Positions 59,995-64,000 of a DNA stretch of 64,000 bases are shown here, one piece after another; position 1 is the stretch's first letter, and every line of letters starts with the position of its first letter. The translations under genes and the position numbers were made by a program. Below the pieces are notes generated by a model. The model saw only the letters and a list, made by a program, of their open reading frames with translations. It searched no databases and was not told where the DNA came from. This stretch comes from an uncultured Poribacteria bacterium (GTDB lineage: Bacteria > Poribacteria > WGA-4E > WGA-3G), in assembly GCA_958296135.2 (NCBI GenBank), contig CATQHZ020000001.1:1152001-1216000 (forward strand). Direction: 5' to 3'.

Positions 59995-60445
59995 ACAAAT
60001 TCCGTAGTGTGTCGGGCTGTCCCTCGCGAAATCGCCGGTCCCACACCGTAGCGCGAGGGAAAATCTGTCCCTCGCGAAATCGCTGGCTCCACACCGTAGC
60101 GCGAGGGTCTGTCCCTCGCGAGCCCCCGCTCAACCGTAGCGCGAGGGCCGTCACGGTCACGTCTACAGAAAAAGTGCGTGTGTCGCCTCGCGTAAACACG
60201 GTCACGTCTACAGAAAAAGTGCGTGTGTCGCCCCGCGTAAACACGGTCACGTCTACAGAAAAAGTGCGTGTGTCGCCCCGCGTAAACACGGTCACGTCTA
60301 CAGAAAAAGTGCGTGTGTCGCCCCGCGTAAACACGCTACCTTACTTTAACGTTGTCATCTCTGCAGCGAGGCTGCAGAGATGTCCACTGTCCCTCGCGTT
60401 CTCTCGGAGCAGATGGCGTTGACGGGGGCCCCTCGCCCTACGGGC
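59995..60445. repeat. REP cluster containing a 45-bp x4 tandem array (60152-60335)
   Basis: Unit cacggtcacgtctacagaaaaagtgcgtgtgtcgccccgcgtaaa x4, nested between two REP halves. Confidence 0.92.
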
Positions 60446-60456
60446 AAAGTGGGTTT

Positions 60457-61635
60457 TTAATCAATAATCGCCTGATAGGTGAGCACGCGGAACTGTGCGT
60501 GGAAGGGTGAGTCGCCGATGAGCTGCGTCATGAAGACTGCTACCAGTTCCTCCACCGGATCGATCCAGAACGTTGTGCTTGCCAAGCCGCCCCAACTGAA
60601 GGTGCCTTCCGAGCCGAGGCATTGTGTGCCGGCCAGATCTGTGACGACAGCGAATCCGAGCCCGAAACCGCATCCTTCTCTCTCCAGTGGCTGCCAAGCA
60701 TCGTCAATGTGATTTATGCGGATGAGTTCCACCGTCTTTGAACCGAGGAGGCGTTCGCCCTCAAGTTCGCCGTTGTTGAGCAGCATTTGGCAGAAGCGCA
60801 GATAATCTGTGGCGGTGGATTGGAGTCCTGCGCCGCCGGATGGCGGAAAGCTGCGCGGCCCGAGGGATACCGGTGCGTTCTCGATTACCTGAATGCCGCC
60901 GTTTTCTGCGGGTTCATAGAGCGTGGCGTACCGGTCTGCCTTTTCATCTGGGACGGAGAAGGCGGTATCTATCATGCCGAGCGGCTCGAAGATGCGCGTC
61001 TGCAAGAATGTTTCAAACGGCATTCCGGCCACGATTTCCACGAGGTAGCCGAGTACATCAGTGGACATGCCGTAACTCCACGCTGCACCGGGGTGATACG
61101 CCAGTGGGATGTTTCCCAGTTTTTGCGCCATTGCCTCGAGGGTTGCATCGTAGAAATTCGCCGCCCGATAGGCTGTGTCGATTGGGCTATCGCTATCGCC
61201 GCCATAGATGAGCCCGGACGTATGCGTCAGCAGGTGCTTTATCGTCATCTCGCATTCGGCATCGACGATTTCAGTCTGGGCTTCGCAGTAGCTCTGCATG
61301 TCTTTGAAGGCTGGAATAAATTCGGAGACAGGCGTGTGAAGTTGGAAATGTCCTTCTTCGTAGAGCATCATCACGGCGATGCTGGTTATCGGCTTCGTCA
61401 TGGAGTAGATGCGGAAGAGGGTATCAAATTCCATTGGTTTTGCATCGGCGACATCGCGCGTGCCGAATTTTTCAAAGTGGACGAGCCGCCCTTCGCGGGC
61501 AATCATCGTCAATGCCCCTGGAATGGTTCCTTCATCGATGTGGCGTTGCATCACCGGGGCGATGCGTTTTAGCCGCGCGGCTGACATTCCTACTTCTTCG
61601 GGGATGGCGCGCGGGATTCCGTGGCAGTGTGTCAT
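60457..61635 (-). CDS. Serine hydrolase, beta-lactamase class C/EstB family (no signal peptide)
   Basis: FRIYSMTKP, LLTHTSG and FSWGG motifs. Confidence 0.92.
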   Translation of the reverse strand: MTHCHGIPRAIPEEVGMSAARLKRIAPVMQRHIDEGTIPGALTMIAREGRLVHFEKFGTRDVADAKPMEFDTLFRIYSMTKPITSIAVMMLYEEGHFQLHTPVSEFIPAFKDMQSYCEAQTEIVDAECEMTIKHLLTHTSGLIYGGDSDSPIDTAYRAANFYDATLEAMAQKLGNIPLAYHPGAAWSYGMSTDVLGYLVEIVAGMPFETFLQTRIFEPLGMIDTAFSVPDEKADRYATLYEPAENGGIQVIENAPVSLGPRSFPPSGGAGLQSTATDYLRFCQMLLNNGELEGERLLGSKTVELIRINHIDDAWQPLEREGCGFGLGFAVVTDLAGTQCLGSEGTFSWGGLASTTFWIDPVEELVAVFMTQLIGDSPFHAQFRVLTYQAIID

Positions 61636-61698
61636 GGTTTCCTCCTATGCAGTGCGTTGCGCGAGGCAGGTTTTCCCTCGCGCTACGGGAAAGTGTCG

Positions 61699-62925
61699 TC
61701 AATCTGTTAAGGCCTGATACGTCAGCACCTTAAATTGTTGCTGGAAAGGGTGCGGGTTATTCATCAGCTGCGTCATCAGCACGCCGATTAATTCCTCCTG
61801 CGGATCGATCCAGAAGGTAGTTGCGGCGGCTCCGCCCCAACTGAAATTCCCCACCGATTCGAGAATGTCGGCTTGGCTTACATCGGTGACGACAGCAAAC
61901 CCGAGCCCGAATCCGCCGCTGCCTTTTCCGCCTTTTCCCCATCGGTGATGCGGCTGCCGCATCAGTTCCACCGTTTTCCGTCCCAAGATACGCGCTCCGT
62001 CCAATTCGCCGCCGTTGAGGAGCATTTGGGAGAAGCGCAGGTAATCCGCTGCGGTGGAGACGAGTCCGCTGCCGCCAGCGGGGAAGAAACCGAGGTCTTC
62101 GTTTGCGAGAGGGGGGGCTTTCTCTAGTTTCATTCCCTCATTTTTCGTGTACCGATACAGTGCCGCGAACCTGTGCGCCTTTTCTGCCGGTACAGAGAAC
62201 CCGGTGTCTACCATGCCGAGGGGCTGGAAGAGCCGCGTCTGCAAGAATTCCTCGAACGGCATCTCGGCGATGACTTCCACGAGGTAACCGAGTACATCGG
62301 TGGAGACACCGTAAGTCCATCTTTCACCGGGTTCGTGAACGAGCGGGATTTCTGCCAAATTTTGCACCATCTCGGCTAACGTTTTGCTGGACTTAAGAAG
62401 TGATGCCTCCCCGTAAAGTTTGTCAACCGGTTTGTTGCCCCAGCCGTAAGTGAACCCTGCGGTGTGTGTGAGCAGATGCTTGATGGTTATCGGTTTCTCT
62501 GCATCCCTGGTCTCCGTCTGGTCTTCGTTGTAGACCTGCATGTTTTTAAATTCAGGGATGAATTTGGCGGCCGGGGTATCGAGATGAAAGCGTCCTTCTT
62601 CGTAGAGCATCATGATGGCGACGCTAGTTATCGGTTTTGACATGGAGTAGATACGGAAGAGGGTATCCGGCTCCACCGGCTTGCTATTTTCGATGTCGCG
62701 CATGCCGACGGTTTCAAAATGCACGACTTTCCCGCGCCGCGCGATGGCTGTTAAGAATCCCGACACTTGTCCTTCATCGACGTATCCTTGCATGACAGGG
62801 TGGATGCGTTGGAGGCGTTCGGCTGAAACGCCGACTTCCTCCGGCACCGCCGTCGGCAATCCTTGTCCGAAGGCCATCGGGGTGATGCAGAAAAGCAGTA
62901 GGCATGTGTAAATTATTTTTTTCAA
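61699..62925 (-). CDS. Serine hydrolase, beta-lactamase class C/EstB family (with signal peptide)
   Basis: FRIYSMSKP, LLTHTAG and FSWGG motifs; MKK...AFG signal peptide. Confidence 0.92.
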   Translation of the reverse strand: MKKIIYTCLLLFCITPMAFGQGLPTAVPEEVGVSAERLQRIHPVMQGYVDEGQVSGFLTAIARRGKVVHFETVGMRDIENSKPVEPDTLFRIYSMSKPITSVAIMMLYEEGRFHLDTPAAKFIPEFKNMQVYNEDQTETRDAEKPITIKHLLTHTAGFTYGWGNKPVDKLYGEASLLKSSKTLAEMVQNLAEIPLVHEPGERWTYGVSTDVLGYLVEVIAEMPFEEFLQTRLFQPLGMVDTGFSVPAEKAHRFAALYRYTKNEGMKLEKAPPLANEDLGFFPAGGSGLVSTAADYLRFSQMLLNGGELDGARILGRKTVELMRQPHHRWGKGGKGSGGFGLGFAVVTDVSQADILESVGNFSWGGAAATTFWIDPQEELIGVLMTQLMNNPHPFQQQFKVLTYQALTD

Positions 62926-63016
62926 TGAATTTCTCCCTATGGGATTTGGCGCGGTGCAGTTCCTCGCGCTCCGATTTATTGAGCGATTGTTATACGGTAT
63001 TCAACGGGATAACCGG

Positions 63017-63799
63017 CTATCGCGAGCGTTTCAGGTATGCCCATCGCGTGGCGAGTTTGCCGCCCGGTTCAACGCTGAGTATTTGGGCTAGGCCGACATC
63101 CATCGCTTCCTGAATCTCCTTTTCGGTGCGTGCGATGTTGGAGATGCGCGCCTCGTCGATGATGCCCATCAGTCCGTTGGCGTTATCCAGATTCGGCACG
63201 CCGATAGTAATCGGATCGCCGCTTTGAAAGGTTGCGGCGTTGGGTGCTTCGTTCTCCAATTCGCCGTCAACGTAAACGCGTCCCATATCCCCATCGTAAG
63301 TAAAGGCGAGGTGGTGCCATTTGTCATCGGTGATGACAGTTGTGGCATCGATGCTAAACGCGCACCCGGCGTTCGCGCCGATTTGCGCGTGCAGCACGCT
63401 GGAGTTGACGTTCACCCAGATGCCGTAATTTCGGTTCGTGCAACCGGCTTGCTGTTTGCAGATGATGCCTTGCCATTTGCCGGTAGCCTTCTTGACTTTC
63501 ACCCAGGCTTCCACCGTGAGCGTCTCCAATTCCAGTTTTTTGGTAGATTCCACGATGAGGTAGCCGCCGGCATCGCCGGGGAATTCTAATCCGGTGCCGA
63601 ATTTCGCCTTTACCCACTTCAGGCTGCCGGCGAATTTGGCATCGTGTCCATTGCCGGAAGCGTCTTTCACGACTTTGCCGGCTCCTTCCTCGAACAGCCA
63701 GACAGCGACGGTGTTTTCATCGACTGCCGCTGATGCAGGCGCGCTCGCGAAAAATAGGCAGAGCCAAATGGCTATCGCGATGGCGTTGATGCGTTGCAT
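63017..63799 (-). CDS. Exported LamG/concanavalin-like domain protein
   Basis: WLFEEG.G....D.SGNG, TVEAWV, WHHLAFTYDG and GIIDE motifs; C-terminal VEPGGKLATRWAYLK. Confidence 0.9.
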   Translation of the reverse strand: MQRINAIAIAIWLCLFFASAPASAAVDENTVAVWLFEEGAGKVVKDASGNGHDAKFAGSLKWVKAKFGTGLEFPGDAGGYLIVESTKKLELETLTVEAWVKVKKATGKWQGIICKQQAGCTNRNYGIWVNVNSSVLHAQIGANAGCAFSIDATTVITDDKWHHLAFTYDGDMGRVYVDGELENEAPNAATFQSGDPITIGVPNLDNANGLMGIIDEARISNIARTEKEIQEAMDVGLAQILSVEPGGKLATRWAYLKRSR

Positions 63800-64000
63800 G
63801 TTCAGTTCCTCCTTTTTGCGCTAAAATGGCGGAAACTTTGCCTCGTGCTATGGAATTCGGCGAGTTTTATAGTATTGTATAAAAAAACGAATTTTAAGTC
63901 AAGCGTATTATTCTGTGAGGGCAGAACCATTCAGTCTGCACCCCGTAGGGCGAGGGCCCGGCGACCGCGCTGCGGTAAAAGGTGGGGTTTTTTTGTTTGG

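Noticed and set aside
60152-60335. CRISPR array
   Set aside because: Contiguous identical units with no unique spacers, and no cas genes.

Overview
Bacterial chromosomal window with no rRNA, tRNA or CRISPR array seen. The lamin-tail, LamG and cohesin-dockerin exported proteins, DUF1501, a UBact operon and C-terminal 'KLATRW/MLTTFG..K' motifs suggest a Ca. Poribacteria-like sponge symbiont (inference). Contents in order: a SelA-like PLP enzyme; a 1290-aa surface protein between two dense clusters of GTAG-type palindromic repeats (REPs); an aminotransferase, cohesin-dockerin protein, sulfatase-like enzyme, lipoproteins and GT9; a defence block (internally deleted HD hydrolase plus YwgA/SocA-like gene, orphan MTase, type I R-M with an HsdM::half-HsdS fusion, TIR protein); groESL behind a consensus sigma54 promoter with three palindromic enhancer-like sites; tricorn; a DUF1501/WD40/di-cytochrome-c PPC cluster; an Rpn-like PD-(D/E)xK gene followed by two tandem variable C-terminal cassettes; a complete UBact-proteasome operon (arc-dop-ubact-prcB-prcA-pafA) split by a type IIG R-M gene; then metabolic and hydrolase genes. 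The two most unusual signals are (1) a leaderless Rpn-like nuclease with an array of three SD-equipped ~78-aa C-terminal mini-ORFs that differ almost only in one helix, a candidate gene-within-gene toxin with an expandable antitoxin array, and (2) repeated in-frame insertion of the local REP into conserved proteins, mostly in one reading frame and mostly with the GTAG end mutated. All product names come from motif recognition by eye; no database search was run.
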